The notes under the pieces: model-generated
Seen by the model: the letters and a program-made list of their open reading frames with translations, nothing else
Told to the model about the DNA's origin: nothing
The model's database searches: none
Origin: Lama glama
Lineage: Eukaryota
Reading direction: 5' to 3'
NCBI GenBank assembly: GCA_028534125.1
Contig: CM052816.1
Coordinates: 99,078,001 to 99,142,000 of the forward strand
DNA length: 64,000 nt
Shown here: positions 10,331 to 24,270 of the stretch, piece after piece
Layout of the letters: each line of letters opens with the position of its first letter
Numbering within the stretch: position 1 is the stretch's first letter
Made by a program: the position numbers and the translations under genes

Positions 10331-12165
10331 GTAAAGAGAATCTGAGAGAAAGAAAAATGTGAACAGACGCTGATTACAAACCATGCCAAGTGGGGAAGGT
10401 TCCTCTTTGAGAGAATGGGAGATGGATGAGAATTCAGCTACCTTTTAAAATGTAAGTTTACCAAAATAATGGGAACAGTATCCTCTCTCTTTATTTTTTT
10501 TTCCTCTATTTCCAGCAGGCAATTTTCCTTCTAAGTTATAAAATCTCCTCTACATGTGCACTGAGGAGGGATTCACTCAATTCAGTACAATTAGTGCAGC
10601 TGGGTAGATGGCGTGGGTGATGGCGTGGAGAGATGCAGATGCAGATATCACTGTGGACACAGAGGTAAACGCAGATACAGACGTGATGAATGTCCGTGAA
10701 TCGTTAATCACGGGAAATGCTTGGTATGTAAGACATTCAAACCGGATGATTCTGTGCTGTGACAAACAAGAAAGATGGTCGGAAGCAGGAAAGTGAGGTG
10801 AGACACTGTCCTAACTCATTTGACTTATTAGCACGCTAAGACCTCCAGAGAAGAGAAAGCTGCCTTTTTGACACCCTATCCCAGTGCCACACGAGTGTCA
10901 TTTGGTGTTCTGGACCCGTAAGCGTGAGTTAACTTAATGTGATGCATCAAATTACACAAGCTGTTAGGGAATGCCACGGAGAACCTGGATTTATGCTGTC
11001 TGCACACAGAGCAAAGCCTGTGTCCCCTTCCAGAGTGTGCTGCTCAGATCAGAGCAGGCTGAGATGAGCCGGAGAGCCTCGGTGCTCTGGGGAGAGCAAT
11101 TTGGGAAGTCTGCGTTTACAGTCTGTTCCAACCACAATTCCAAATCTGTGTACTTATTCAGACGAGCCAATCAGCCCCGGATATTTGATAGGCAAGCTCA
11201 ATAATCATTTATAATCTTGACAGGTTAAGGGTCTCCAAGGAAAACCTTAATATACACAGTAGGTTTAAAAATACGAGAAAACAAATAAAGGAATCTCTCT
11301 CTTCCTGAGCGAATGTCTTTTCTTTCTCTAGTCCTACAATCTTCCAGTCAGGGGTTTTCTTTATCATTCCCATCCTCACAGGACACACAAAACCATTTTA
11401 AATCTATTTTTCCAAGTAGACCACATCCAGCCTTCATCTCAGTACTTGTCTATAACTCATGCGGCTGTCTGAAAGTTATTCTTCAATAAAGGCAAGGGGA
11501 AAGGGAAACTAGGTCCTACCTGAGGACAATTTAGAATGTGTCAATAAATTTAAGGTTGAGAACTAAACTAGAATTTTGAGTATTTATCATACCTGTCCTA
11601 TAAAATAAGCTGAAATTGTTAGAAGAAAGATTATCCCCTAGCCCAGTCTCCTTGAGGAAATGGCATCTAGCATACTGCATTGTGTCGTAAATACCCAATT
11701 CATCTTAAAAACAATATGGGAAAAGGACAGTTTGCAAGTAAAAAGCTGGTATTAAAATTAGCATTAACAGAAATTCTCTCTCACTCTCCTTCTTTTTTAA
11801 ATCTCTCTCTTTCCTCTTCTCTCTTTCTCATGCTTTTTCTCTCTTATAAAATTACTCTCCCTTCAGTCTAGTCATAATGAAAGGCAGTTTACTAGATCTT
11901 AGCTTTTATAAAATATGTACTAGTTATTCAAAGAACTATCTGTATTATTTGCTAAAAAGTAATGTGTTTACTGATTATCCTCTGTCTGCCTCTTTACGTG
12001 CTGGGCGCAGCAGGGGATATCTTCAACTGTGCACATTTCTAACGGATCCACAAACATGCATGAGACAATTATAAAAGAATACAAAGAAATTTAAGGGTTA
12101 TACTTGCATAACAGAGGTAATTAATTCACAGAAAAATTAATTCACAGAAAAGATCTATTTATGAA

Positions 12166-12990
12166 GTCAGTCAATAAATATTGATTGATCATTTAATATA
12201 TGCTGGTCACTACGCTCTAAGACATAAGATATGCCCAATTTCCTTAAGGAACTTTGTTTCCTTAGAGTAAACATGCATGAACAATAAGATGAACAACATA
12301 GTATCACTACAATTTTTTTTTTGCAAAGAAATTTCTTTCAAAGAAATATTCTTGTCAAGATGAGATCAAGAGAGATACTGCTTTTGGCAGCCAAGTCCTA
12401 TGGGAGACGTGGCAAACAAAAGACATGAACGTGACTCCAGCCAGGAAGGTGGAAAAAGTCAAGTGTCCTGCAAGGACCCTTCCCATGACCTTCTCATTTA
12501 ACATTCAGACTCCAGATCTTTAGCAGAGTTGTTAAACGTACTGCATGCTAGGGAAGAGGAAGCTGGAGGAACCCTGTTATCATTTTCCCCCTTTGAAATA
12601 GACAGAACAACAGCATCCTGTGTAGGTGCAGAAACTCGGGAGAGAAAGGATGACTTGTGTGCTGGGGACTTTCAGGAAGAGGGAGAGGGTTTTGCCTGAT
12701 CTTGCAAAGGAGTTGTAGCTCTGTCAAGCTTGGTTTTATCCTTGTTGAAAACATTTCATCTGACCTGAGCCTTAGAAAGAGGTCAACTGGGACAGATTGC
12801 TTCATGCAGGTAGATAGATTGTGCAAACCATGGAGGTGTAAGAGAATGTGTCTTCCCGCTCAGGACCGCTACAAAATAATGGGAGTAACATGGATGAGGC
12901 TCACCTTTCATGTCGTGAAGATGGGATTATAAATTTTCCTGAAGGTGATGAAGAACTATGAAGAATTTACACAAGAAAAGACCGTTTCAA
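12166..12990 (-). mobile_element. Degraded L2 fragments
   Basis: gtcagtcaataaatattgattgatcatttaatatatgctgg...ctctaag resembles the reversed L2 3' end. Confidence 0.45.
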
Positions 12991-13050
12991 TGCCTACAGC
13001 AAACAAAAATGAGCATACATCACATGCAACATTCGTATAATGCAGTATAT

Positions 13051-13575
13051 AAAAGACCCAGCCACCCACCTCCAGATCCATCCATGTTGCTGTAAATGGC
13101 ACTGTTTTATTCTTTTCTATGGCTGAGTATTATTCCACTGCATAAATATACCAAATTGTTATTCTAAGTGAAGTAAGCCAGAAAGAGAAAGAACAATGCC
13201 ATATGATATCACTCGTATGTGGAATCTTAAAAAAAAAAGAAAGAAAGAAAGTTCATTAACTTATTTACAAAACAGAAACAGACTCACAGATATAGTAAAC
13301 TAACTTATGGTTACTGGAGGGAAAGAGGGTAGGAAGGGATAATTTGGGGGTTTGAGATTTGCAAATACTAACTACTGTATATAAAATAGATAAAAACAAA
13401 TTTATTCTGCATAGCACAGTAAACTATATTCAATATCTTGTAGTAACCTATAATGAAAAAGAATTTGAAAAGGAATATATGTATGTATATGTATGACTGA
13501 AACATTATGTTGTACACCAGAAATAGACACACTATAACTGACTGCAATTCAATTAAAAAAAAAAAAAAGACCCAG
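13051..13575 (+). mobile_element. Camelid/artiodactyl L1 3' end with 5' inversion, poly(A) and 11-bp TSD
   Basis: TSD aaaagacccag at 13051-13061 and 13565-13575; inverted segment ~13062-13157; 3'UTR acaaaacagaaacagactcacaga; poly(A) ~13555-13568. Confidence 0.9.
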
Positions 13576-13647
13576 TGGACACACGGGCAATGGCTGGGAA
13601 TAGGAAATTTACAAGAAAAGAAAACTGAAAAGTCCAAGGAATCCACC

Positions 13648-16600
13648 TTTACAGTGTCATATGGAAGACTTTCACTGCTCTAAAAACCCTGTTTCTCCTC
13701 TTCTTCCCTCCCCGTAACCCAGAACGGTTACAACCACTGATCTTTGTACTGTCTCTACAGTTTTGCTTTTTCTTACTGTTGAGTAATATATTGTTTGAAG
13801 GATATCTTGGTTGCTTCCCGCTTTTGGAGATTATGAATAAATTTACTACAAAAATTCTTTTGCAGGATATATATGTAGATACACATTCATTTACAACAAC
13901 ATTAGATAAATACCTAGGAGCACAATTGCTCAATCATGTGGTAAGATGACGTTTAACCTAGTAAGAATCGGAAGATGATCTTGCCATTTTGCGTTTCTGT
14001 TAGCAGTAAATTAGAGTTCTTATCACTCTGCATCCTCCCTCGTAGTTGGTATTGAAGGTTTTGGTGGGGGGGGAGCACTTGCTTTGTTTTTGTTTTAACC
14101 ATTTTAGTAGGTGGGTAGTGGCATCTCATCATTGTTTTAATTTTCATTTCTTAAAAACATATGATGTTGAATGTCTTTTCATATGCTTATTTATCATATG
14201 TGTCTCTTCTTTAGTGAGGTGTCTGTTCAGATACTTCACACACTTTTAATTGGATTGTTTGTCTTCTTATTGTTGAGTTTGAGTTCTTTGTATATTTTGG
14301 ATAGAATCTTTAATTAGATAACAATTTTGCAAATATTTTCTCCCAGCCACTGTCTTGTTTTTTCAGTCTCTCAACAGTAACTTTCACAGAGCATAACTTT
14401 TTAATTTTCATAAAGTCCAAGTTTTTCATTTATCTTTTCACAGATCATGGTCTTGATGTTTTATCTAAACACTCGTCACTAAACACGTCACTTAGATTTT
14501 TTTTCCTATGCTTCCATCTAGACGTTTTACAGTTTTTAATTTCACATTTAGGTCTATGAGGCATTGTGAGTTAGATTTTGTAGAAGGTATAAATTTTGTG
14601 CCTAAACTTTTTTATTTTTGTACATGGATGCCCAAATTTTCTAGCACCATTTGTGGAAAAACCATATTTTGATTGAATTATCTGTGTTTCTTTTCAAAGA
14701 TAGACATTGGTGTGAATCCATTTCTGGGCTCGCTGTTTCTAGGACCCGTTGATCTGTAACGTCTTAGCTTTCTCCAGTGCCAGACTGCCATGACTACTGA
14801 AGAGTTTTGGTAAGTCTAGAAGTTGGGTGGTGTCAATTCTTTAACTTGTTTCTTCTCCTTCATTATTGTGTTGGCTATTCTGAGTCTTCTGACTGTTTAT
14901 GTGAACCTTAGAATTAGTTTAGCATGAAGCACCAGGATTTAGCTTGGGATTATGTTGAAACTATATTTCAAACTGAGAAGAATGGACTACAAAGCAGTAT
15001 TGAGTCCTCCTATCCATGAAGACAGACTATTTCTCCATTTATTTAGATCTCCTTTGAATTTCTTTGATTTTTTCGTCAGATTTTGTAGTATTCTGGATGT
15101 AGACTCTGTACATATTTCATCAGATTTGCATGTGAATATTACATTTTGTGGTGATAATGTAAATGGTGTTGCGATTTTGACTTCAACTTCCAGTTGTTCA
15201 TTATTGTATGTAGAAAAGCAGTTAAATATCATTTATTCACCTTGTGTGCTCTAGTCCTTGTGATAATCATTTATTAGTTTCAAGAGTTTTGTTTTTATTG
15301 TTGTTGCTGTTTTTCTGGGATTTACATTTTTTATTATTTTTTATTGATTTAGAATCATTTTACAATGCTGTGGATTTTTCACCTAGACACATATACAACA
15401 AAAACAGTTGTGTTTCTTTATTCCCAATCTGCTATGCTTTACTGTCTTTTCTCTTATTGCATTACATCGGACTTCCAGTACAATGCTGAGTAGGCGTGGT
15501 GAGAGAAAACGTTCTTGCTTCGTCCCGGGTCTTAAGAGGAAATCTTGTTCTCATCATTAGGTATGATGTTAGCTCTAGAACTTTGGTTTGTTTTTAAATG
15601 TTCTTTACCCAGTTGAGAAAATTCCCTTGTTTCCTAAAGAGTTTTTAATTGTGGATGGATGTTGGATTTTGGCAAGTGATTTTTTGCCCCCGTCAATTGA
15701 TATGATCATGTAATTTTTTCCTTCTTAGCCCACTGATGAATTACGCTAACTGGCTTTCAGATGTTGAACCCGACTTTCATACCTGAAATAAATCCCTGTT
15801 TTCCATAGTATACTCTTAGCTTTATAAATTGTTGAGTTTAATTCACTAGTGCTTCATGGAAGATGTTTGTATCTATATTTATTAGTGATATTAGTCTGCA
15901 GTTTTCCTTCTTGTAATTCCTTATTATGGTGTTGGCATTAGGTTAATAGTGACCTAATATAATGAGCTATAAAATACCCCCTTTGTTTCTATTTTGAAAG
16001 GAACTTTGGAGAATTAGTATGATTTCTGCTTTAAATTTTAGCAGAATTCACAAGTGAAACATTCAGAACCTGGTGCTTTCTTTTTTAAAAAAAATTATTA
16101 ATAATTGACAACTTTTAAAAACAGTTAATGGTCTACTCATATTATCTATTTCTCCTGTGTATGTTTTGATAGTTTATGACCTTCCAAGCTGTTGGTCCAT
16201 ATAAAAATCAAATTTGTGGGCACAGAACTTTTTCTAATATTCATTTATCATTTCATTCATCAGATGAAGCAGTGATGATCTCTTTTTTAATTTTTATAAC
16301 AAATTAAATTTTTATTTATATAATAATAAATAGTAATAAACTTATATTATAAATAATGAATACATTTTTATTGTAATAAAATAATACATTTTTATTATAA
16401 ATTTAATTTATAATAAATTTTATAATAAATTTCATCTTTTTTTCTTGGTTAGCCTGGCTGGAGTTTCATCAATTTTGCTTATACTTTCAAAGAACCAGTG
16501 TGGTTTTGTTTATTTGTTCTATTCTTTTCTTGGTTACAATTTCATCTATTTCTTCTTTAATTTTTTTTTTTAATTTTTATTTTTCTCCTTTAATTTTTAT

Positions 16601-17825
16601 TATTTTTTTCTGGATTTATGTTTAATTGCTTTTCTTTCTTTGGCTTAGTAAGGTAGAAGATTACCTTATTAATTTTATACATTTTCCCAACTATATGTAT
16701 ATAATGTTATCAATTTTCATCTAAATTCTGCTTTTACTACATGACCAAAATTTTGACAAACTAGATGTTTTCATTTTCATCTAGTTCAAATATTAAGTGT
16801 ATCAAACATTGCCAATATTTTTAAAGTCTCAAGACTTTTTCTTTAATCCTTGTGTTATTTAGATATGCTATATTTATTTTCCAGAATTTTTAGTGGTTGC
16901 TCCAGAATTTGCAACAGACATTTACCATTGATCTAAGTCTACTTTCAGAGAACATTTTACTGTTTCATAGGCAGTACAGCTAATGCATAACTGACTATTA
17001 AAATTTCCTCGCTCCCAATGTTAAAAGTAAATAACATTGTTGTCATTCATTGCACTCATCTGTATGCTATAATCACCCATACATTTCTGCTATTATTACT
17101 TTAAATAGCTATCTACTATGTTGATTACGAGTAAAATATAAAATATTTTATTTTGCCTAATTTTTTCCTTTTCTGATGCACTTCCTTTCTTAATGTAGAC
17201 CTAAATTACTGGCATAAATAATTTTCTTGGTCTCTAAAGAATTTGTTAAAACAGTTCTTTTAAGACAGTTCCTATCCATGCCAAAATCCCTTAGGTTTGT
17301 TCTTACCTGTGAAAAAGTGTTTCTTTCTGCTTCAGTTCTGGATAGTAATTATACTGCATGCAGAATGACAGATGGCTGCATTTTTTCATTTAATGCTCAA
17401 ACATGTCACTTTACTCTCTTCTTGCTTACATAATTTCTGATGAGAAGTCCCATGTAACTCTTGTCCTTATTCCACTGTAGGTAAGGTGTTTCTTTCCTCT
17501 GTTTTCTTTTAAGATTTTCCCTTTTCCTTTGTTTTTCTTCAGTGTGCCTAGTAGACTTTTTTTTTTCCTTTCTTTCTTGTATTTACACTGCTTGGTGCTC
17601 TTTGAGTTTCCTGGATCTGTGACTTGTGTCTATCAATCATTAATGTTGTTATCTTTCAGCCATTATTACTTCAAACGTTCCTTCTGTTTCTTCTCTCTTT
17701 TCTTTCTGTCTGGTAGTGTCATTCAGCGTGTGTTACTCTATTTGCAATTGGCCCAAACTTCTTGAATATTATGTTCCATTTTTTTCATCCTCTTTTCTCT
17801 TTGCATTTCAATTTGGTAAATTTCT
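13648..17825 (-). mobile_element. Long degraded L1M (ORF2 and ORF1 remnants), probably several pieces
   Basis: Minus-strand ORFs MKIKTMMRCHYPPTKMVK and KFKGDLNKWRNSLSSWIGGLN are L1 ORF2-like; T-rich plus strand. Confidence 0.8.
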
Positions 17826-17849
17826 ATTGACTTGCCTGCAAGTTTACTG

Positions 17850-18290
17850 GCCCTTGTTGTTCCTCCCGTCCCTCCTGGGTCGCCCCTCACTCTTTCTATG
17901 TGCCCATTCCCAGACTTCTGTGTGCTTTACTTCTAAGAACTTGTACCCGGGATTCTCTTGGAAGGAATGACCTGGGTTTCTATGCAAATTTACCTTCAGG
18001 TGAAGGACCCAGGAGGTCTGGCAGTTAATGTGGACTTCACCCTGGTGTGGGAGTGTAAAAGCATAGGTGTCTTGGCTCAAGAATAGACAGATTCAGAGGC
18101 GTAAGTTATACTTAGAGCTCCCTGAAGTTTTAAGCTAAAACTGAAAGGACACTATTTTTTGGCTTCTTCCTCTTTCCTCTCTGACTTCCATAGTTTCTTT
18201 CTGTGTTTTCAGGGAGCAATTCCTTAATTAATCACTTGTATATGAACCCTTATTTCAGGGTCTGTTTCTGGGGAACAAAACCCAAGCCAC
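17850..18290 (+). mobile_element. Old ERVL-class LTR (LTR16/LTR33-like)
   Basis: 3' end taatcacttgtatatgaacccttatttcagggtctgtttctggggaacaaaacccaagccac. Confidence 0.55.
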
Positions 18291-19204
18291 TGGTCTAGTA
18301 ATATCTTACTATTCTATTAAATATTTGATCCTTTTAAGAAACTTTTTTTCTCCTTTACTATGTTGTAGCTTTGGAATTGTCTTTAGCAAGGTGCGGCAAA
18401 ATTGCTTGGTTCACTGTTAGCAAAACAGCAGTCTGCGTGTAGCTATTCTCAACTTGATGCCACCATCTGTCTATCAGTGCTTGAGTCTGGGGAGCATTGC
18501 TCAGTTTGCACTGAATGATCTTGTCCTGGTTTCACTACTGAAGGTCCTGTGCCTGGAGAAACCCCTCAATTCTGGGCAAACAGGAGCGGAAGGCTGTCTT
18601 AGTCAATTTGAAAAAAAATTCCTCTTGGTAGAGCAGTTGGGAGCAATCCTGTTCTGTGCAGCCTCAGCCTTTTTCTTTCCTTTACGCATTTTAACTCCAA
18701 CTGAGTTTTTTATTTTGCTTCACTCTTGGTTGTTAGAATGTGGCCACTGCCTCTTTACTCGGCTGTCTCTCCCAATGTCTCTTCTAAATTACCCCAATTC
18801 CTACTAATGAAACCTGAAACATCTCTCCTATAACAAAATGGACTTCACTTCTGACCAGTTCTATTAAACAAACTCTTCTAGACGTGGAACAGAAGCAGGG
18901 CCAATCTGGAGCTCTCTGCTGTGGAAGTCTGGGGCCCCGTCATTGGAGCATTAGTTATCATTGTGGTTCTGTTTTAAATACTTTTCAGTCTTATTTCTCT
19001 CCCTTTTTAATTTTATGTTTGTGGGAGAGAGTAACTGGTCAGCACCTGTCACTTGTTTACTCTAGATGGATCTACTCGGGGGCCGTGGAGCTACGTGACA
19101 CAGACATGAGTGGACACTGGGGCTTAATTGCATTGTCTACGGGTGATTCTTAGATAAAGGGGATCAGTGTGAGTCAGGAGGCTATCCCTGCAAAATCTCT
19201 TAGG

Positions 19205-19378
19205 TCAGTGGTTCTCAAAGCGCCGTCCCCAGACCACAGTGCCGTCAGCACCAGCCAGGAGTGTGTGACGAATGCACACTGTCGAGCCCTACCTCAGAAC
19301 CACCAGTTCAGAAGCTCAGGGCTGGGCCAGGTCAGCCATCCCGGTGGTCTTGACGCATGATCAATTGAAAGCGCATCT
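19205..19378. mobile_element. MER5A-like hAT-Charlie DNA transposon
   Basis: cagtggttctcaaag...ccccagacc...aatgcac...gccctacctcagaacc. Confidence 0.7.
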
Positions 19379-19734
19379 TCCAGGGGATGCGTTTGACTTT
19401 ATAGCTCTGCATTTATCACACTGTAATTTATTTTCCATAAACTAAGAAGAGAAGATGGTTGAACAGGTTTTCTCAATAATGAAGAATGAAGAGGTGTACC
19501 TTCCCCCCTTGGGATGACAGTGACCATCCCTGGGGCACAAGCCTGAGGCTAATGCTGACGGGCTGAGTTATTGTGTCTGCTTGGTGTTCAGTGTTTCTTC
19601 CATGATGACTGCCTCGCAACGGGCATTAGCATGTGACACAAATGCAGTCTCACATTGTATTCACTCCTATATATACGTCTTTTTCTCTTAATCAGAGTTC
19701 TTGCCTGTAATATTCCAGTCGTTTTTTTCTAGGT

Positions 19735-19925
19735 CCCCAACCAACTGGCCAGGCCATTGACAATTGTCTAGAAATGTGCGCACAATCTCACAATGGTCCA
19801 CATCTCTTCCCACACAAAGTCGATGACCAAGTGCATCACCATGACTGGTTATGCCCATGGAGAAGATTCTCTTTCTCTGCTGGCTGTTATGGACGCGCCA
19901 AAATGTCAAGACTGATGCTGCCGTT
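19735..19925 (-). mobile_element. Possible ancient LINE (L4/RTE-X-like) 3' remnant
   Basis: Minus strand gcataaccagtcatggtgatgcacttggtcatcgactttg recalls this family, from memory only. Confidence 0.3.
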
Positions 19926-21254
19926 CATTTCCAGTTGTGTCCATGTCCTGAGCTGGACTGCCTGAGACCACGCACGGAGCCGCCGGAAGGCGCGGGCGAC
20001 GGGCGCTGCTGCGGTCGTGGTGGGCGACGGCTGGTGCTGGGCTACGTCGCCGGCAGCTCACTCACGCTCTCAGGTTGCTTGACCTGACCCGGATGTTCAA
20101 TTCCCATTTTACAGCGGAATGTTCCCACACCCAGGTGGTTTTGTGACTTGGCAGGGGTGACAGAACGTGGCTTATAAGGTACAGGCTGGACGCATGCTCG
20201 CTCTCCACCCCGTGGCCACTGCCCCACCTACCAGAACCCAGTAACGTGCTGGGAGCCCTTTCTCAGAGGAATACCGCGCTCTGCTGCAGACGCAGTGCCT
20301 TTGCTCTGGAGTCCAGGGCGATACGTTGTGGTTCTCGCAGTGCAGCTTCCCATAGACCTCACCTTCATCTTTCCCCACTGCTGACGCTTCTAGCCCATAG
20401 CATCTGCTATAGCACAGGGTCCCAGTGGAAGGACTGCATGCTCTGAAGCCTGACCTTCTAAATAGACCATTTCTGATCTGGGCAATGCTCAAAGCTGTCA
20501 ACCTTCTACGTCACCCAACATAAGGGGATCACCAAGAATAGATCTTCTTTGCAGTTGGGAATGAAAGACACATAGTTTTCTTTTCCTTTGGAACTTTCTA
20601 TCCTGGCATGCCTCTGTCTCCTGGACCCTAAAATTGTACTGAAGTGGCAGTTCCCTAGATCTCCACTGAGTCTATTTCTCACCCTCTGAAGTGCATGTAC
20701 GTTACCAAGGTCTCCAACATAACAGGCATGCTTTGTTCACTGCCCACTGTATGATGTCACCCATGCAGTGGACCTATGTGAGGTCCTTCAGGTATGCCAC
20801 TGTCCTGAGACTCGCAAAGCTGAGAACCACATCTGCAGTGGTGGCCATTCCCCTCCTGCCATTCCTTTGTCACATCTGCTGTCTGCTCAGAGGCCCTCCA
20901 TGGGGGCACCTGATGGGATGACAGAGCTTGGAGTTGGGAGGAAATGTCAGTCCCAGCCCTGGAAGCCCATCCACGCTAAGCCCTGTGGGTCTTCTTTGCT
21001 GGTTCTGGTGGAAGTGCAGAGATCCTGCTGTAACCCGGTCTCAGGGCTCCAGGAGCCTCTGTCCCACGTAAACAGACCTGTCTCTTTGGATTGTGCTCTG
21101 TCTTGGTTCACTGACTGACTTTTCTGACCCCCCAGCGCACCCCTGAATCCTTCCCCCATAGTCTCTGAATGTATTTTAGCCCCCATCATTTTTTCCCACT
21201 TTCAATAATGTTTCCTTATACTCAGAAAAATGAAAGAAACACACAACTGTGTCT

Positions 21255-21345
21255 CTCAGTCTCTCTGAGTCTCATTTTTTATCTTTGGAATAGAAATAAT
21301 AACTGTATTGTTAAAATAATTAAATGAGTTTGGACACATTGTAAT
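21255..21345 (+). mobile_element. MIR core fragment
   Basis: ctctctgagtctcatttttt...aaataataac...aattaaatgag. Confidence 0.6.
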
Positions 21346-23674
21346 CTGTAAGCTCTAGACTGGTGGCTATCACTATCAGCAGAAGAGGACAATAAAGCTC
21401 TTCTGTTATGAAACATAAGGAATGCTGGTTTTGCTGTCACCCAACCTGACTGTTTGTTTTCCCTGTACTATTCCAGTCTTACTGTGTATGTGGAGGAAGA
21501 ACGAGGGACCCAACAAGTATTTGGGTCTGTTTGTAAAACAGTGTCCCCACAGGACAGACTGTAAAGCCCTCAGGCAAAGAGGGTCCTGGTGGGCGATGGA
21601 CCACATTGGGTCTTCGAGGTCCCTGCTGATGAGAAGGTGCTGAGAGCAGAGCCAGCTCCTCAGACCAGGAAGCCACCAGGTACCTGGACAGCAAGGAGTG
21701 ACCTCTGCCTTTAGTGTCACTGCCTTCCTCAGACCACCCGTCAAAGCACATGGCACTGACATCACTCAGGGCTGACCCCTCCTTCCCTCTCAGGAACCCG
21801 GGGTCAGAGCCTCACCCTGTGACCACTTCCCACCCTTCCTGGCTCTCATCCACATGGACCTCTTTCCCTCCCTGCCCTGGCTCCAGTGGGCCAGATGCTC
21901 TATTCAGTTGCTCCTGCTCTCCCAAAGCTCATCTTTTCCGATCCTCAAGAGCCAGTCTGAAAGAAAAGAAACATAAAGCACTATTACCTTGTAAAATCTC
22001 TTTGCATCTCTGCCCTGGCATTCTAATTCTTCTCCAGGCCATAAGAATGCTTCTGAATGAATTGAGAAAGGGTCAGGAATTACGGAAAAGACAGTAGCTG
22101 GAAGATTACTATTATCAAAGCTGAAGGTGTCACAAAATGACACCTGATGATGATGCCCATGAGTGTAACCTGTGTGCCAAAATCAGGCTTATCCTGGTGA
22201 CTCAGTCGTGGGTCCTTGTTTGCTGAAGCGCTCCGTCCCTGAGTCTCCGGTGCCCAGCACATACGCTGTGATCCAGGATGAGCTACATAGGGGTTTCTGT
22301 TTTCTATTTTCCATTGGCATTTCCTCCTTTCTACCTTATCTTATGCCTTAATGAAGACTGCAGCTTAGGAACCTAGGGCTGTACAAGCAAATGGCTCTAC
22401 GAGAGAGCAGAGATGGGGAGAGGCTCTTGTCAGGACCGCCAGCTCTGAATAGATCCCTCCTCTGCTAGTAGATTTAAAGGGGCCAAGAAAGCCATTTAAC
22501 ATGGTCATCAGCAGTCTTTGGAGAGCCACATTTTCTTTGATCAAGGACCCTCCTTGGCTTGGCGCTGACTGGTCACCTGAAGATTGACTTTGTTAATACA
22601 AGTTTGGCTATTTGTCACATATTATCCTCGTGACCCCTCCAGCAATGCCCCCTCTATTTTATAGCTACTTTAAGTAATAATAAAGAAAAACCACCACCTG
22701 CTACTCCTTCCATATCTGCAAGATGTGTGAATGCTGCTCCCCCGACAGAGAAGTCGCATCAGGTTCTGGGTGAAGGCTGGCATTTCCATGTAAATGGCAA
22801 GTTTTATATCAATGTCAGATTAGCTGCAAGGTTGTTTAAACACTGAAACCTTCTGACCAGTTGACAAGACAGGATCCCCAGGAAGAAGGCGACGTTTCCA
22901 AGGCATCGTATCTCCGAGGTTTTGATGTATTAGTTGATCTTTCCCCCTATGGCTTGCGATGCAGACATTCTTGTCAGTATTTTAAAAATAATAAAAGGTC
23001 CATTTTTTTCCTGGCTCTATACTTTTCACTTCAAAATTGTCCTGTTACCAAATTACCCATTCCAATATTCACAGTGAAGTGTTGGGCTAACAGAAGCAGA
23101 AGCCACGGCACAGAACGGGGACAACACGTTGTGCCCTTGAAGACCACAGTGCAGCCAGAACAGCCTCTGAGCAAACAGAGCACCTCTGCATTGTCACTAC
23201 CTGCTCACCAGGAAAGGGACCCAGGACATTTATTCTTGCGAAGATGCTGGGCTCTGGAAAGGGGCAATGATGAGGGGGAAAGAGTAACACTCTTATGCTT
23301 TTAGAAAGGGTCATGGTGTCTTGATTATTTCATTTCTGAAAGAGACAGAAACATGCTTGATCCTTAGTTAGTGTGAATATCAGATGCTCTATACAGGGCA
23401 CGGTGCTCCCACAGTGGTGCTGCTTGCAGGGCGCAGTGCTCCTCAGGGCTTGCAAAGAAGAAGGACACACTCCAGACACTGAAGGCAGAGATTTCACAGT
23501 TCCTGGACTCACTCACTGGGCAGTTCCTTGTATCTTTGTTCCTACTTGTCTCTACCCAATATGTTAGATATAAGATGTCTACTAAAGTGGGTGAAAGTAT
23601 ACAAAGATCCCGTGCACTTGGAAGACTAGGCAGAGCTCGGGTCAGTGGGGAGTGACCAGCTCTCGTGATTGATT

Positions 23675-23690
23675 GCCACCACCTGGTGGA
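23675..23690 (-). promoter_or_regulatory. CTCF-like motif
   Basis: Reverse complement tCCACCAGGTGGTGGc versus consensus CCACYAGRKGGCRS, one mismatch. Confidence 0.3.
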
Positions 23691-23859
23691 TACGTTTCTC
23701 TGGTTGATTCCTTTTCACGTACTGTCATCTTCCCCAGCCTGCTGGAAACCCTGACTCCATTCATCCCAACAACAACAATAATGACAACATTGATAATAGG
23801 GCTGTTTCCAAGTTGTCCACATTCCCTTTGCCCTTCATCTCATAGCCCAGGAGACTTTT

Positions 23860-24270
23860 GAGCAACCACATTTCTAAAACATGCCCATAATTATATTTTT
23901 CTTGCTCAAAAATATGCACCAGCAGCTTATTGCCTACCAGATACTGCTAACACTCTTATCCTGGTGAACAAGGCTCTCCATGGTTTTTCTTCCACCTAAG
24001 TTTCCGTAGATGACAACCAGCACTCTGCTTCATTTATGTCATACTGTGTGTGTGTCCCCAAACTCTCATCCTACCCCCCAGCTCCTTCTGTCTAAATCCT
24101 ACACAGGCTGCAAAACCCTAGTCAAACACCCCTTATTCATGAAGCACTCCTGCTCTTGTCAGAGAGGGGCTATACTTTTCTTTGCAAATGTTAGACTTTG
24201 CTTGTAAACTGACTGAGCACAGACATGGTGCTGTCCTTCGCCTTCGTTCTCCTATGATTCACCACAGAGT
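23860..24270 (+). mobile_element. L2 fragment
   Basis: tttctaaaacatg...cttgctcaaaa...cttattgcctac...aacaaggctctccatg. Confidence 0.55.

Noticed and set aside
10605..10690. ORF with DADADITVDTEV repeats
   Set aside because: Degenerate gatgca/gataca simple repeat
16290..16430. Extremely AT-rich quasi-palindromic tract
   Set aside because: Low-complexity expansion inside L1
22861..23304. Longest non-gap ORF (147 aa)
   Set aside because: Starts at TTG, no recognisable domain, length within chance expectation for 64 kb
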